From Chloroflexota bacterium (GTDB lineage: Bacteria; Chloroflexota; Limnocylindria; Limnocylindrales; CSP1-4): a stretch of DNA of 64,000 bases. The stretch is from contig CANJLL010000002.1 in assembly GCA_947475545.1 (NCBI GenBank), positions 144,950 to 208,949 of the forward strand, given 5' to 3'. The notes beneath the pieces were generated by a model. It made no database searches. It was not told the origin of the DNA and saw only the letters and a list, made by a program, of their open reading frames with translations. Both the position numbers and the translations under genes were made by a program. This document shows positions 1 to 9,369 of this stretch, one piece after another. Position 1 is the first letter of the stretch; each line of letters begins with the position of its first letter.

Positions 1-703
1 TCCGGGCCCGAACGCGCGCGGCATGACCTGGATTGAGCGCCCGGAAGCCACGGACCGTGGCGCCGGCCGGATCGCCGGCGAGCATCCCCTGCCCGACCGG
101 CGAATAGGCGACCACGAGCCGGTGGTGGCTGACCGCCCACGGCACCAACGTCCGCGCGGGCCCCGGAGCGATCAGGCTGAACCGGACCTGGTTGGCGACG
201 ACGGGCGCGCCCAGCGCGGCTTCGGCGGCCTGCCAGGCCTCCAGCGAGTAGTTGCTGACCCCGACGCGCCGCACGAGGCCGGACTCCACGAGCGGGCGCA
301 GGGACTGCATGACGCGTCGGGCGGAGACGAACGGGTTGGGCCAATGCGCGTAGTACAGGTCCAGGGCGTCCACCTGGAGGCGGCGGCGGCTGCCGGCAGC
401 CTGGCGGGCGACGATGCCCTCCAGCGGCGCGATCGGCATGAACTTCGTCGCGACGATCAGCCGCGACCGGGCCTCCGGGGCCAGGCTGGCCAGGGTCTCG
501 CCGATCACCTGCTCGGACCGGCCTGGCCCGTACGCCTCGGCGGTGTCGATCAGCGTGATGCCCAGCTCGACCGCGCGCCGGAGGAGGGCCGGGGCCATCT
601 CGCGGAGGTAATCGTCGCCGTACCCCCACTCCCGGGAGCCAAACTGCCAGGTGCCCAGCCCGATACGCGAGACCCGCATCCCGGCCGCCTCAACCTGCTG
701 CAT
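1..703 (-). CDS. Aldo/keto reductase (3' end runs off the window)
   Basis: Minus-strand reading from the ATG at 703 gives MQQVEAAGMRVSRIGLGTWQFGSREWGYG, then IDTAEAYG, ATKF, LYYAHWP and VGVSNY, which are AKR motifs. Absent from the ORF track because it is open at the edge. Confidence 0.9.
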   Translation of the reverse strand, partial: MQQVEAAGMRVSRIGLGTWQFGSREWGYGDDYLREMAPALLRRAVELGITLIDTAEAYGPGRSEQVIGETLASLAPEARSRLIVATKFMPIAPLEGIVARQAAGSRRRLQVDALDLYYAHWPNPFVSARRVMQSLRPLVESGLVRRVGVSNYSLEAWQAAEAALGAPVVANQVRFSLIAPGPARTLVPWAVSHHRLVVAYSPVGQGMLAGDPAGATVRGFRALNPGHAARVRAR

Positions 704-1913
704 CGGATCGGGCCTTCATCGTTCGGGGTGCCGGTCGGGCCACGACCGCGTCCAGCCCGGCCAGGATCCCGTCCGCCTTGGGCGCCGGAAGCTGGGGCTC
801 GGGACCGCCGCCGCCTTCTGCCGCGCACTCCGCGAGCCTGGCGTCCAACCTGGCGAGCAGGCCCGGGATGTGGGCCCGGAGCGCATCCCCGTAGGCCGGC
901 CCAATCTCCGCCATCGCGGCCTGCTCGCGCTTGGTCTTCGGGGCGGCGAACCGGATGTGGATGATGGTGCCGGTGGCCGTCGGCTCCAGCTCGATCGTGT
1001 GGAGCGTCGTCACCGGGCCGCCGGGCGCCTCCAGGATGGTCCGGTCGGTGACGTAGTCGTACGGCCGCCAGTCCACGATCTCCTCGACCACGGCGTCCTT
1101 GCCGTGCATGCAGTGGTTGGACGACCCGGGGCCCCGCCGACCGCCGGTTGCGCCCTGGATGGAGACGGCCGTCACCCACGGCTGCCACGCCATCCGCTGC
1201 CCGGGCCTGGTGAGGTACTCCCAGGCGATCTGCGGCGGCACGTCGGTCGGCACCGAGATCGCCAGGATCGCGTCGGCGGGCGAGACGCGGACGCGGCCGC
1301 GGGCCTCTTCCTCCTGCCAGCGGCGCTCCAGGTCGTGAGCCCAGGCCGGCACGTCGCCGATCCGGTCGTACGTCTCGGTGTGGGGGCGCATGCCCAGCGC
1401 CACCGGATCGAGGCCCGCGGCATCGATGCAGCGCCAAGTGATGAGGGCGTAGGCCGGCATGTCCAGCCGGTCGGCCACGTCGTTCTTCAGGAGCCGGTGC
1501 GCGACGATCACGTCCGAGCCAAGCAGCTCCTGGCGGCCGGCGACTTTCTGGATGATCGCGGCGCCGTGGTGGACGACGAACTTCAGGTCGAGGTCCGGAA
1601 TCCGGGCGCAGGCCTGGCACTCGCAGGTCGTGGCCTGCCGGACGTCACGCCGTCGGCGCCGGAAGCCGAAGTAGCAGCGCTCGATCGTGTCGAGGAGCAT
1701 CGAGCCGTCGACAGCCTCGCCGATGGCGTAGGTGAAGGCCGCGTCGCCTTCGAGCTTGGCGAGCCGGAACGCCGGCCGCAGGGCCGACACCACGGCGCCG
1801 ATCAGGTCCGCAAGGATGTCCTGGGCGTGATCCAGCTCGACCTCGGCGAGGTAGCCGGTGTACCCAGAGACATCCGCGATCAGGCAGCAGGTTGGCTGGG
1901 CCGTCGAGAGCAT
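690..1913 (-). CDS. DUF2652 (class III cyclase-like) domain fused to an SRPBCC/START-like domain
   Basis: LIADVSGYT, KLEGDA, LKFVVHHG and ELLGSDVIVAHRLLKN, then a C-terminal PPQIAWEYLT..EEIVDWRPYDYVT segment. Start moved to MLSTAQP at 1913. Confidence 0.75.
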   Translation of the reverse strand: MLSTAQPTCCLIADVSGYTGYLAEVELDHAQDILADLIGAVVSALRPAFRLAKLEGDAAFTYAIGEAVDGSMLLDTIERCYFGFRRRRRDVRQATTCECQACARIPDLDLKFVVHHGAAIIQKVAGRQELLGSDVIVAHRLLKNDVADRLDMPAYALITWRCIDAAGLDPVALGMRPHTETYDRIGDVPAWAHDLERRWQEEEARGRVRVSPADAILAISVPTDVPPQIAWEYLTRPGQRMAWQPWVTAVSIQGATGGRRGPGSSNHCMHGKDAVVEEIVDWRPYDYVTDRTILEAPGGPVTTLHTIELEPTATGTIIHIRFAAPKTKREQAAMAEIGPAYGDALRAHIPGLLARLDARLAECAAEGGGGPEPQLPAPKADGILAGLDAVVARPAPRTMKARSDAAG

Positions 1914-2007
1914 CGGTTCTCGTATGGTGGGGCGATCCGGGCCACTATACGGGCACGCCGCGCTCTCACGGCCCCCGGTCCTGGGACGGCAGCTTGCGGG
2001 CATCAAG

Positions 2008-2847
2008 ATGGACGACTTCAGCCCACGCAGAGCCCCAGTCGAGTACTGGTTCTGGCGCTTCCGTCCCGGTGACCTGTCCTTCCTGGTCGACTTCATCGTC
2101 CGCCAGGATCGTGACGCGGAGGTGCGCGTCAGCGTCTGGGTGCGCGGCGAGGGACGCGTCGCCCGCGTCACGGACGGCGGCGCTTCCGCCGCCGAGTCCG
2201 GGATCGCCATCGGCAAGAGCGTGTTCGAACGCCGCGGCTCGCACGGCGCCGTGGACGACATCCGCTGGGACCTGGCGTGGGATGCGGGCAGCAGGCTCGT
2301 CGACCCCAGCCCGCCGCTCCTTGGTCGGTTGCACGCCCTGGACCTCGAGATCCTGATCCGGCCGGATGCGCGCTTCCGCGGCAGCGTGACCGTCGGCGAG
2401 GAGACGTTCACGATCGACGACGTGGCCGGGGCGATCACCCACTACTGGGGCCGCCGGCTGCCCGACCGCTGGTGGTGGATTTCCGCCTCCGAGTTTGAAG
2501 GTGCGCCCGGGATGCGCCTGGAGGCGATCGTCCTGAGATCGAGCGTGTGGGGCCGCGGACGGCTGCCCGTCGACCTGGGGTACCTGTGGGTCACCGATGG
2601 CACGCAGGCCGACATGACCGTCTGGCCGGTCACGGGAATCCTGCGCTCGCGCGTCCTTGGCACCGGCATCCAGATCGACTCGCTGAGCGCGCGCGGGCGT
2701 CGCCACCGGGTGCGTGCGAGCGCGCCGGAGACGTCGTTCAACGATCTGGGTGAGGGAATCCGCCAGACGCTCCTGGGCGACCTCGTGTGCGATGGCTCAC
2801 GGGCCGTGGCGGGGACGGTGGGCCTCGAATCCCGCCACTCGGGCTGA
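2008..2847 (+). CDS. Hypothetical protein, tocopherol cyclase/AttH-like beta-rich fold
   Basis: EYWFWRF near the N-terminus and THYWGRRLPDRWWW resemble the HNWG...W.W motif of tocopherol-cyclase-like proteins. Confidence 0.5.
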   Translation: MDDFSPRRAPVEYWFWRFRPGDLSFLVDFIVRQDRDAEVRVSVWVRGEGRVARVTDGGASAAESGIAIGKSVFERRGSHGAVDDIRWDLAWDAGSRLVDPSPPLLGRLHALDLEILIRPDARFRGSVTVGEETFTIDDVAGAITHYWGRRLPDRWWWISASEFEGAPGMRLEAIVLRSSVWGRGRLPVDLGYLWVTDGTQADMTVWPVTGILRSRVLGTGIQIDSLSARGRRHRVRASAPETSFNDLGEGIRQTLLGDLVCDGSRAVAGTVGLESRHSG

Positions 2848-2903
2848 TCGCGTCCTGCCGCCTCTCCCAGAGGCTGGCAGCCCGCCCGGGCGCCGACGGC
2901 CCG

Positions 2904-3368
2904 TCAGACGAGGACGGCGTCCCCCACGCGGATCGTCCCGCCCGACACGATCTCCACGCGGATCCCGGCCCGGTCCTCCAGCACCGCCCTGAGCCCGGGG
3001 CGGCCGGTGACGCGCTCCAGGTGGCCACACGGCGGGCACGGTCGGATGGAGCGGAGTTGGACGTCGCCGATCGCGAACTCCTTGCCCTCCAGGGCGCCCA
3101 GGTCCACGCCGCGGACCACGACGTTACGGCGGTGCTCGCCGGGCGCCATGGGCCAGCCCTCGGCGGCGATCGCCTCGAGCTCCTCGGCCGCGATGAGCGT
3201 CACGTGGCGGTCCGGGCCGGGCTTGGCGGAGTACGTGCCCACCCCCAGCTCGTAGCGATCGCCGGCGAGGCCACGACCGGTGACGGCCTCGGCCGACTCG
3301 ACGGAGCGGAGCGGACGCGTGGCGTCGTCCGTGACAAAGATGGCTTCGACGTGCGGCTGGCTGGTCAT
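2904..3368 (-). CDS. MOSC domain protein
   Basis: GLAGDRY, RHVTLI, RRNVVVRG and PCPPCGHL motifs. Confidence 0.88.
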   Translation of the reverse strand: MTSQPHVEAIFVTDDATRPLRSVESAEAVTGRGLAGDRYELGVGTYSAKPGPDRHVTLIAAEELEAIAAEGWPMAPGEHRRNVVVRGVDLGALEGKEFAIGDVQLRSIRPCPPCGHLERVTGRPGLRAVLEDRAGIRVEIVSGGTIRVGDAVLV

Positions 3369-3586
3369 GCGCGGAGGATAGCAGCGGCTTGGGTGCGTCT
3401 CCCGCCGGTCCGCCGGCTCAGCCCTTGGGCTGCACCACCGCCAGCACGTTGCGGCTGCGCGGCGGCGATTGCAGGGCCCTCCACAGGGTCGCGGCCCGTC
3501 ATGCTCCCGAAAGGTGGGCGGTCGCAGTCTGCGGGCAAGAGGTCAGTCCCGACCTCGAACCAACCAGACCGCGAAAGGAACGACCA

Positions 3587-4204
3587 GTGAACCGAACCAT
3601 CGCCAGCGCGGCGCTCGCCGGCGCACTCCTCCTCGGTGGCACCGGTGCCGCCATCCTCCCCTCGCTTGTCGCAGCCGCCGAACCGACGGCCGCACCCGCC
3701 GTCAGCGCGACCGCGCCCGTTGCCAACGACACCGATCCGGCCTGCCGCCACGGCGGACCCGGCGGACCGGGCATGGGTGGGCCCGGCAAGGGCGGCCCCG
3801 GCGGGATGCATGCCGAAGCCGTCAGCGACGCCTCCGTCGTGGCGACCGCGCTCGGCATCTCCGAGGCCGACCTGACCACGGCGCTCCAGGCCCGCAAGTC
3901 GCTGGCTGACGTCGCGGCGGCCAACAATGTCGACGCCGAGAAGGTGATCGACGCCCTCGTCGCCGATGCCCGGGCCGAGATCGCCGCCGACGTCACCGCC
4001 GGCACACTGACCCAGGCCCAGGCCGACACCCAGCTGGCCAACGTGGTCCAGCGCATCACCGACCGGGTCAACCACGCGGGCTTCGGCCCGGGCGCCGGCG
4101 GACCCGGCGGGCCCGGCATGGGCGGCCCCGGCAGGGGCGGCCCCGGCGGCCACCACGACGGTCCCAACCAGGCTCCAGCCACCACCGCGACGCCCGCCGG
4201 CTGA
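3587..4204 (+). CDS. Secreted hypothetical protein with Gly/Pro-rich segments
   Basis: RBS AAAGGA before a GTG, a signal peptide, and a helical ALGISEADLTTALQARKSLADVA..GTLTQAQAD core. Confidence 0.75.
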   Translation: MNRTIASAALAGALLLGGTGAAILPSLVAAAEPTAAPAVSATAPVANDTDPACRHGGPGGPGMGGPGKGGPGGMHAEAVSDASVVATALGISEADLTTALQARKSLADVAAANNVDAEKVIDALVADARAEIAADVTAGTLTQAQADTQLANVVQRITDRVNHAGFGPGAGGPGGPGMGGPGRGGPGGHHDGPNQAPATTATPAG

Positions 4205-4229
4205 TCACCGGCACCCAACCCACCCCGCT

Positions 4230-4265
4230 CGACCCGGGTCCGGCACCGCCGGTCCCGGGTCGTTT
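4230..4265 (+). terminator. Probable intrinsic terminator
   Basis: Hairpin CGACCCGGGTCCGGC-acc-GCCGGTCCCGGGTCG followed by TTT, just after the stop at 4204. Confidence 0.55.
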
Positions 4266-4421
4266 CGCGCCCCTGGAAAGCGGCGCGTCGCGCCCCGGCC
4301 AGGCGCGTCGGCGCGGCGGCCCGAGGTCAAGCGGCCCGTTGGGCTACCCTGTACGCACGGCAGCCTGTTCACGGTGGCCGGCAAGCGAGCCCATCGGGCC
4401 CGCCCACCTCGAAAGGATCCG

Positions 4422-4682
4422 ATGGCCAAGCACTCGAAGTACGAGCGCGAGATGCGCGCCCAGCAGGCCGAGAAGGTCCGCCAGCTGGAATCGGCGTGGG
4501 TCGCCGCCCTGCCCGCCGACGTGATGAAGGCGCATACGCGCGACGTCGATGCCGCCCGAGCCCGCGGTCCGCTCCCGCCGCCGCCGAACCAGGCGCCCGG
4601 GACCCTGCCGCATCCGCCGCGACCCGGTCGCGAGCCCAAGCCCGTCAAGGACGACGAGCGACCGCGCCGCCGCTCCTACTAG
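4422..4682 (+). CDS. Small basic hypothetical protein
   Basis: RBS GAAAGGA before the ATG; MAKHSKYEREMRAQQAEK; host-like codon usage. Confidence 0.7.
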   Translation: MAKHSKYEREMRAQQAEKVRQLESAWVAALPADVMKAHTRDVDAARARGPLPPPPNQAPGTLPHPPRPGREPKPVKDDERPRRRSY

Positions 4683-4826
4683 CCGTCCGCTCCTGCCAGC
4701 CGTCCGCTACGACGCGTAGCGCACGGCGGCCCCGCCAGGGCCATCGACTCGGGGGTCCCGCCAGGGGCCCCCGTCTTGTTTGCCTGGCCGTCTCGGTCGG
4801 CTGCCCGTCGACTCCCCGTCAGCACA

Positions 4827-6650
4827 CTAGGGGCCCACTCCCGGTCGGGCCGTCGTCGGCTCGGGTGCCCGCCGCCGCGCGGCCAGCCGCGCCACCAGAC
4901 CCGCGATCCCGGCCAGCCAGCCGTCGAGGATGGTCCGGATCGCCGGCGTCAGCGCGCCGAGCGCGAAGATCGTGAACCCGTCGACGCCGTGCAGGATGTA
5001 GCGGGCACCCGATTCGTGCTCCACGACGCTCCAGACACCCAGGTAGAGCACGAAGATGGAGACCGCCATCCCCGTCCCGACCAGCAGGAATGGCAGGTAT
5101 CGGCGTGGATCGTGGACCGCGGCCAGGGCGGCAACCAGGAGGAACCCCACCCATGTGGGCTGGTACTCGCCGAAGAAGTAGCGCACCAGCGGCCCGAATG
5201 AGCCCTCGGGGTGGAACGCCAGGAGCGAGCCGAGGTCCAGCGAGTAGTAGGCGCCGATCTCGTGGGCCTTCAGCTGGGCCCCCCACAGCTGGTTCGCGGC
5301 GAGGGCGCCGGCGGCGACAGCGGCGAGGGCGACGAGGTACGGCCGAAGGCTGCGGCCCGCCGGACGCAGGACGACCCCGGCGACCAGGAGCGTCGGGACG
5401 ATCGCGGGCAGCAGCAGGAACGAGAGCGGCGGCTTGCTGATCGCCGCCAGGACCCCCAGGCCCACGCCCAGGAGGGCCAGCGCGGGGACCCGGCGGGTGG
5501 CGCTCGCGGACCGCCGCGCGTGGTCCAGCAGGACGAACAACAGGATGGTGAGGACGGTGGCAAACGCCTCGCCGTACCAGAGCTCGAAGAACATCGAGTG
5601 GATCCAGTCGCCCTGGAAGAGGAGCACGTACCCGACGACGCACACCAGCGCGGCGGTGGGACCAAGCAGGTCACGCGCGCCGCGGCCGGCGAGACCGCGC
5701 GTCAGCAGCGCCAGCGCCAGGAACCCGTACAGGAACGGGAGCGCCCGGCCGGCGGCGAAGAACAGGCCGTCGGGCAGCCAGCCGAGCAGGACATTGGCGA
5801 CCAGGGGGTAGCCTGGCGCGTAGCCGGCCGAGTAGAAGGTCGCCAGGTAGCGGTCCCAGCCGACCTGGTGGAGCACCTCGGTGGCGCTCCACCAGAAGCT
5901 GACCTCGTCGCCGATGGCGGCGGGTCGGTAGAACGCGAGGTGGACGGCATCAAGGGCGAGCGCGAACCCGAGCAGCCCCAGCGCCGCGGCCGCCACCAGC
6001 GCGACGCCAAGGCGAATGAGCCGGCCGGCTCGACCGGGCGAGCCTGGTTCAGGCCGCACGTTGGGATCTGATTGGCGCCGGGTGTCCCCGTGGTCGGGGA
6101 GACCGCCCGGCTCGTCGTCGGGCGCCCCACCCGGCGCGTCGCTCGCCAGGTCGCCCGGTTCACCGCCCTGCGCGCGGCCCTGCGCGCGGCCCTGTGCGCC
6201 GCCCTGCGCGCCGCCCCGCGTTCCCCACCAGGCGACTCCCGCCGCAACAATCACCGCGACCACCGTGGCGACGGCCAGCAGGGGCGGACCCGCGAGCGCG
6301 GGAGCCAGCGTGGCGACGGCCAGCGCCATTAGTGCCGCGGTGCCCACGAGGGCGAGGAGCAGCCAGGCCGGGGCAAGGCGCCCGCCCAGCGTCAACACCC
6401 CAAGGGGGCCGCGCCGGATCGTGACCAGCGCCAGGACAGTCCAGGCACCGATGACGGCCAGCGTCACGGCGGCCTCCCCGACGGGATGGAGCGGCTCGGT
6501 CAGCCCGGGGCCTGTCCCGCGAACAAGCCCGGCCACGGTCCCCGCAAGCGCCCCCAGCTCGCGCCGAAGATCCACGAACCAGATCCTGCCCATGTACAGG
6601 GCCAGTCCGGCCAGCAGCAACCATCGGGCGATGTCGCGCAGTCGTGCCAC
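4827..6650 (-). CDS. Polytopic membrane protein, possibly GT-C-fold glycosyltransferase-like
   Basis: More than ten hydrophobic segments, with a loop containing IGDEVSFWW..YAPGYP. Start uncertain; GTG at 6650 chosen. Confidence 0.6.
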   Translation of the reverse strand: MARLRDIARWLLLAGLALYMGRIWFVDLRRELGALAGTVAGLVRGTGPGLTEPLHPVGEAAVTLAVIGAWTVLALVTIRRGPLGVLTLGGRLAPAWLLLALVGTAALMALAVATLAPALAGPPLLAVATVVAVIVAAGVAWWGTRGGAQGGAQGRAQGRAQGGEPGDLASDAPGGAPDDEPGGLPDHGDTRRQSDPNVRPEPGSPGRAGRLIRLGVALVAAAALGLLGFALALDAVHLAFYRPAAIGDEVSFWWSATEVLHQVGWDRYLATFYSAGYAPGYPLVANVLLGWLPDGLFFAAGRALPFLYGFLALALLTRGLAGRGARDLLGPTAALVCVVGYVLLFQGDWIHSMFFELWYGEAFATVLTILLFVLLDHARRSASATRRVPALALLGVGLGVLAAISKPPLSFLLLPAIVPTLLVAGVVLRPAGRSLRPYLVALAAVAAGALAANQLWGAQLKAHEIGAYYSLDLGSLLAFHPEGSFGPLVRYFFGEYQPTWVGFLLVAALAAVHDPRRYLPFLLVGTGMAVSIFVLYLGVWSVVEHESGARYILHGVDGFTIFALGALTPAIRTILDGWLAGIAGLVARLAARRRAPEPTTARPGVGP

Positions 6651-7003
6651 CCCGGGAGGATAGCGAAGGATCCAGCGGCCGGCCTTGCCCGGCCATGGGA
6701 CCCGCTCCGCGGGATGACCTTCGGCCCCCGCATTCCGACGCCGGTGGGTCGCCGACGACGGACGTCGGCGCCGCGCGACGCCGGGACCGTGGCCCTGCCG
6801 ACCACGGGCGGGCCACGAGCGCCGACGAACCCCTCCGTCCCCACGCCCGACCATGTCATCCCGGCGCCCGTCTCGCCCGGAGCTACGCCTGACCGCCCGA
6901 TCCCGGCGCCCGTCGTGGTCATTTCGCGCCCACGTCCACCGGCTTCAACCCCACGGCGTCTGGGGATCGGCCGGGCCGCTGGGCAGACTCAGGACAGGCA
7001 CGA

Positions 7004-7309
7004 ATGCGTCCCAGAAGGACAGAGGTGAATGGAATGAACGGTGGAGTCCTGACCAACAAGCCGGAGACTCACCCTCCCGGCATCGTCCACGCGATCGGCC
7101 TGGTTCTTGGCTGGGTCGTGCTCACCGCGGTCGTCGAGCTGGCACTGGTCACCTTCTGGTTCGCCTCGACGATCGCCGTCTTCTCCTTCGCGGGCCCGCT
7201 CCCCACCCTGATCGGGATCGGGTTCGCGGTCCTGGCGTTGGCCGGTGCCCCGCTCGGCTGTGCGTTCATCGTGCGCCGCGGCGACCGCTGGCTGATGTCG
7301 GACAAGTGA
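7004..7309 (+). CDS. Small two-TM membrane protein
   Basis: Two hydrophobic helices; lies just upstream of the LuxR-type regulator on the same strand. True start may be about 7033. Confidence 0.55.
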   Translation: MRPRRTEVNGMNGGVLTNKPETHPPGIVHAIGLVLGWVVLTAVVELALVTFWFASTIAVFSFAGPLPTLIGIGFAVLALAGAPLGCAFIVRRGDRWLMSDK

Positions 7310-7334
7310 CAGACCGGCCCTGGAGGCGCGTGCT

Positions 7335-8033
7335 GTGAAGAGCAACGTGTCCGGACTCGGCGGCGGCGGGAAGCTGGGGGTGCTCCTGGCAATCCCCGAC
7401 TTCCCGATGCTGCGGGCCGGCTTCCGCTCCATCATCGACGGCGAGCCTGACATGCGGGTCGTGGGCGATGTCGACGGCGCCGCGCTGGTCGATGAGCTCG
7501 ACCGGACCGGGGCCGACGTGGTCATCGCCGAATGCCACCCACGCGGGGATGACCGCGCGTCCTTCCCGGCCATCGAGGCCATCAAGGCCGTCCGCCCCAC
7601 GACCCGGCTGATCACCATCGACTACCGGACCGCCGGCGACCACTTCTCGCAGGTCCTCAAGGCCGGCGCCGACGGCTTCCTGGGCCGCGAAGCCGGCCCG
7701 GACGACGTCATCAGCGCCGTCCGGAGCGTGAGCCGCGGACAGACGTACGTCAGTCCCGCGGTCGTGACCCGAATGGTCAACGCCTTCGTCCTCCATAGCG
7801 ACCAGGCCACCGCCGAGGACGCCTACGCCTCCCTCACCGAGCGAGAGCGCGAGGTGCTCCTCCTGGCCGCGGTGGGGCATACCAACCGCGAGATCGCCGA
7901 GGCGATCCACCTGTCCGAGCAGACGATCCACAACTACCGCGCCACGGTGATGGAGAAACTGGACCTCCACGACCGGATGGACCTGCTCAAGTACGCGATC
8001 CGACGCGGGCTGGTGAACACCGCCGACCTGTAG
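7335..8033 (+). CDS. NarL/LuxR-family response regulator with atypical receiver
   Basis: C-terminal LTEREREVLLLAAVGHTNREIAEAIHLSEQTIHNYR HTH and an N-terminal receiver-like fold. Confidence 0.88.
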   Translation: MKSNVSGLGGGGKLGVLLAIPDFPMLRAGFRSIIDGEPDMRVVGDVDGAALVDELDRTGADVVIAECHPRGDDRASFPAIEAIKAVRPTTRLITIDYRTAGDHFSQVLKAGADGFLGREAGPDDVISAVRSVSRGQTYVSPAVVTRMVNAFVLHSDQATAEDAYASLTEREREVLLLAAVGHTNREIAEAIHLSEQTIHNYRATVMEKLDLHDRMDLLKYAIRRGLVNTADL

Positions 8034-8048
8034 GCGGCGGCCCCAAGG

Positions 8049-8669
8049 TCAGGACCTGGCGAACTCGATCAACGAAGCGCAGTCGTCCAGGGCCGCGCGT
8101 CGGATCGCCGCCAGATACGCCGTGCGGGTTGCCTCACGATCCTGGCCGCTCGCGCCCCACGGCAGTGCCGGGAGGGCCCGGGCCGCCAGGTAGAGGTCCG
8201 CCAGCAGGCGCGTGGCTCGACCGTTGCCGTTCCTGAACGGGTGGATGGTCACAAGACGGTAGTGGAGCCGAACGGCAAGCTCCGTGGGCGGGTAGACCTC
8301 CTGTGCATGCCAGTACCTGGCGTCATCGACGGCCTGCCGAGTGTCTGCGACGATGCGGTGCGGCGCGACGCCCACGTTCGTCTCGCGCCGCCGGAGCGCT
8401 CCGGACCACCGCCAGACGTCCGCGAACATCCGGCGGTGCAGCTCAAGCAGGAAGCGGTCGTCAAGCACGGCGAGGGGGCCAATGGCCCGGGCTCGCTTGA
8501 GCGCCCACGGCAGCGCCGTCGTGATGGAATCGTACTCCGCCTGGTTCAGGTCACCGCGTGTCGCGACCCAGGTCGGGACCAACCCCTCCGCATCCTCCAG
8601 CTCGAGCGGCGTGCTGCCGTCGGGTTGGGGTCCGATGGACCAGAGCCAGGCCTCGCGTGGGTTGGCCAT
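8049..8669 (-). CDS. Mobile mystery protein B (Fic family)
   Basis: GSTPL..EGLVPTWVATRGDLNQAE, LHRRMFADVWRWSG and the Fic motif HPFRNGNGRATR. Confidence 0.88.
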   Translation of the reverse strand: MANPREAWLWSIGPQPDGSTPLELEDAEGLVPTWVATRGDLNQAEYDSITTALPWALKRARAIGPLAVLDDRFLLELHRRMFADVWRWSGALRRRETNVGVAPHRIVADTRQAVDDARYWHAQEVYPPTELAVRLHYRLVTIHPFRNGNGRATRLLADLYLAARALPALPWGASGQDREATRTAYLAAIRRAALDDCASLIEFARS

Positions 8670-8675
8670 CGCGCG

Positions 8676-9161
8676 CTACTGCCGATGTGTCGGCGGGGTC
8701 GCCGGGCTGTCCCAGACCCGGCCTTCCGCGATCAGCTCCTCGGCGACCTGCACGACGACGTCGCGCCGCCGATCGCCGGGAATGTCCTGGCCTTCAAGCG
8801 CCATCGTCTGGGACACATAGCCAATCTGCTGCTCAGCGGCCTTGATCGCATGGCGCTGAACCGTGTCCTGGAGGGACGTGACCGGCACCAACGCATAGAC
8901 CACCCGACAGTCGAGGGCCTCGGCGACCTGCGCCAGCTTGGCCAGGGAGATGCCTCCGCGCGTCTCGGACGCCTCCAGTTGGGAGATGGCGGCCGCCGAG
9001 ACCCCGACGCGTGCCGCGAGGGCGGCCTGACTCATGCCCAGCGCATCACGGACGGCGCGAATCCATCCGGCGTGGGGGCGGGCAAACGGGGCGGCCTGGA
9101 GGTCGGCCAGCCGACGATCAAGCTCTCGCCGAGCCTGGGTGGCGCGATCGATGGTCTTCAT
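8676..9161 (-). CDS. Mobile mystery protein A (XRE-type HTH)
   Basis: PHAGWIRAVRDALGMSQAALAARVGV..LEASE..VSQTMALEGQ; sits directly upstream of protein B. Confidence 0.88.
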   Translation of the reverse strand: MKTIDRATQARRELDRRLADLQAAPFARPHAGWIRAVRDALGMSQAALAARVGVSAAAISQLEASETRGGISLAKLAQVAEALDCRVVYALVPVTSLQDTVQRHAIKAAEQQIGYVSQTMALEGQDIPGDRRRDVVVQVAEELIAEGRVWDSPATPPTHRQ

Positions 9162-9242
9162 GAAGGTATACATTACTCAAGGACGCCGCTATGTCAAGGT
9201 ATTCCTTGCTCAACGGCGTCCACACTTCAATGCATACCTTGA
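9161..9242. promoter_or_regulatory. Long imperfect inverted repeat in the divergent promoter region (candidate operator)
   Basis: Nested arms around about 9201: TGAAGGTATACATT/AATGCATACCTTGA, GGACGCCG/CGGCGTCC and CAAGG-tatt-CCTTG. Confidence 0.55.
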
Positions 9243-9369
9243 GTCTCGCCTTCCATCCGGCACGTGGAGCCTATGTTGCGCGACACGACGCCGGGGCGGT
9301 AAAGTGTGCCTGGCCAATTACCTTGGTCACTGCGGCACACTTCATGGACCCTCGCGGAGCATTCGCGCC

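Noticed and set aside
6170..6217. 12-bp repeats encoding GGAQ/GRAQ
   Set aside because: An in-frame low-complexity loop within the membrane protein.
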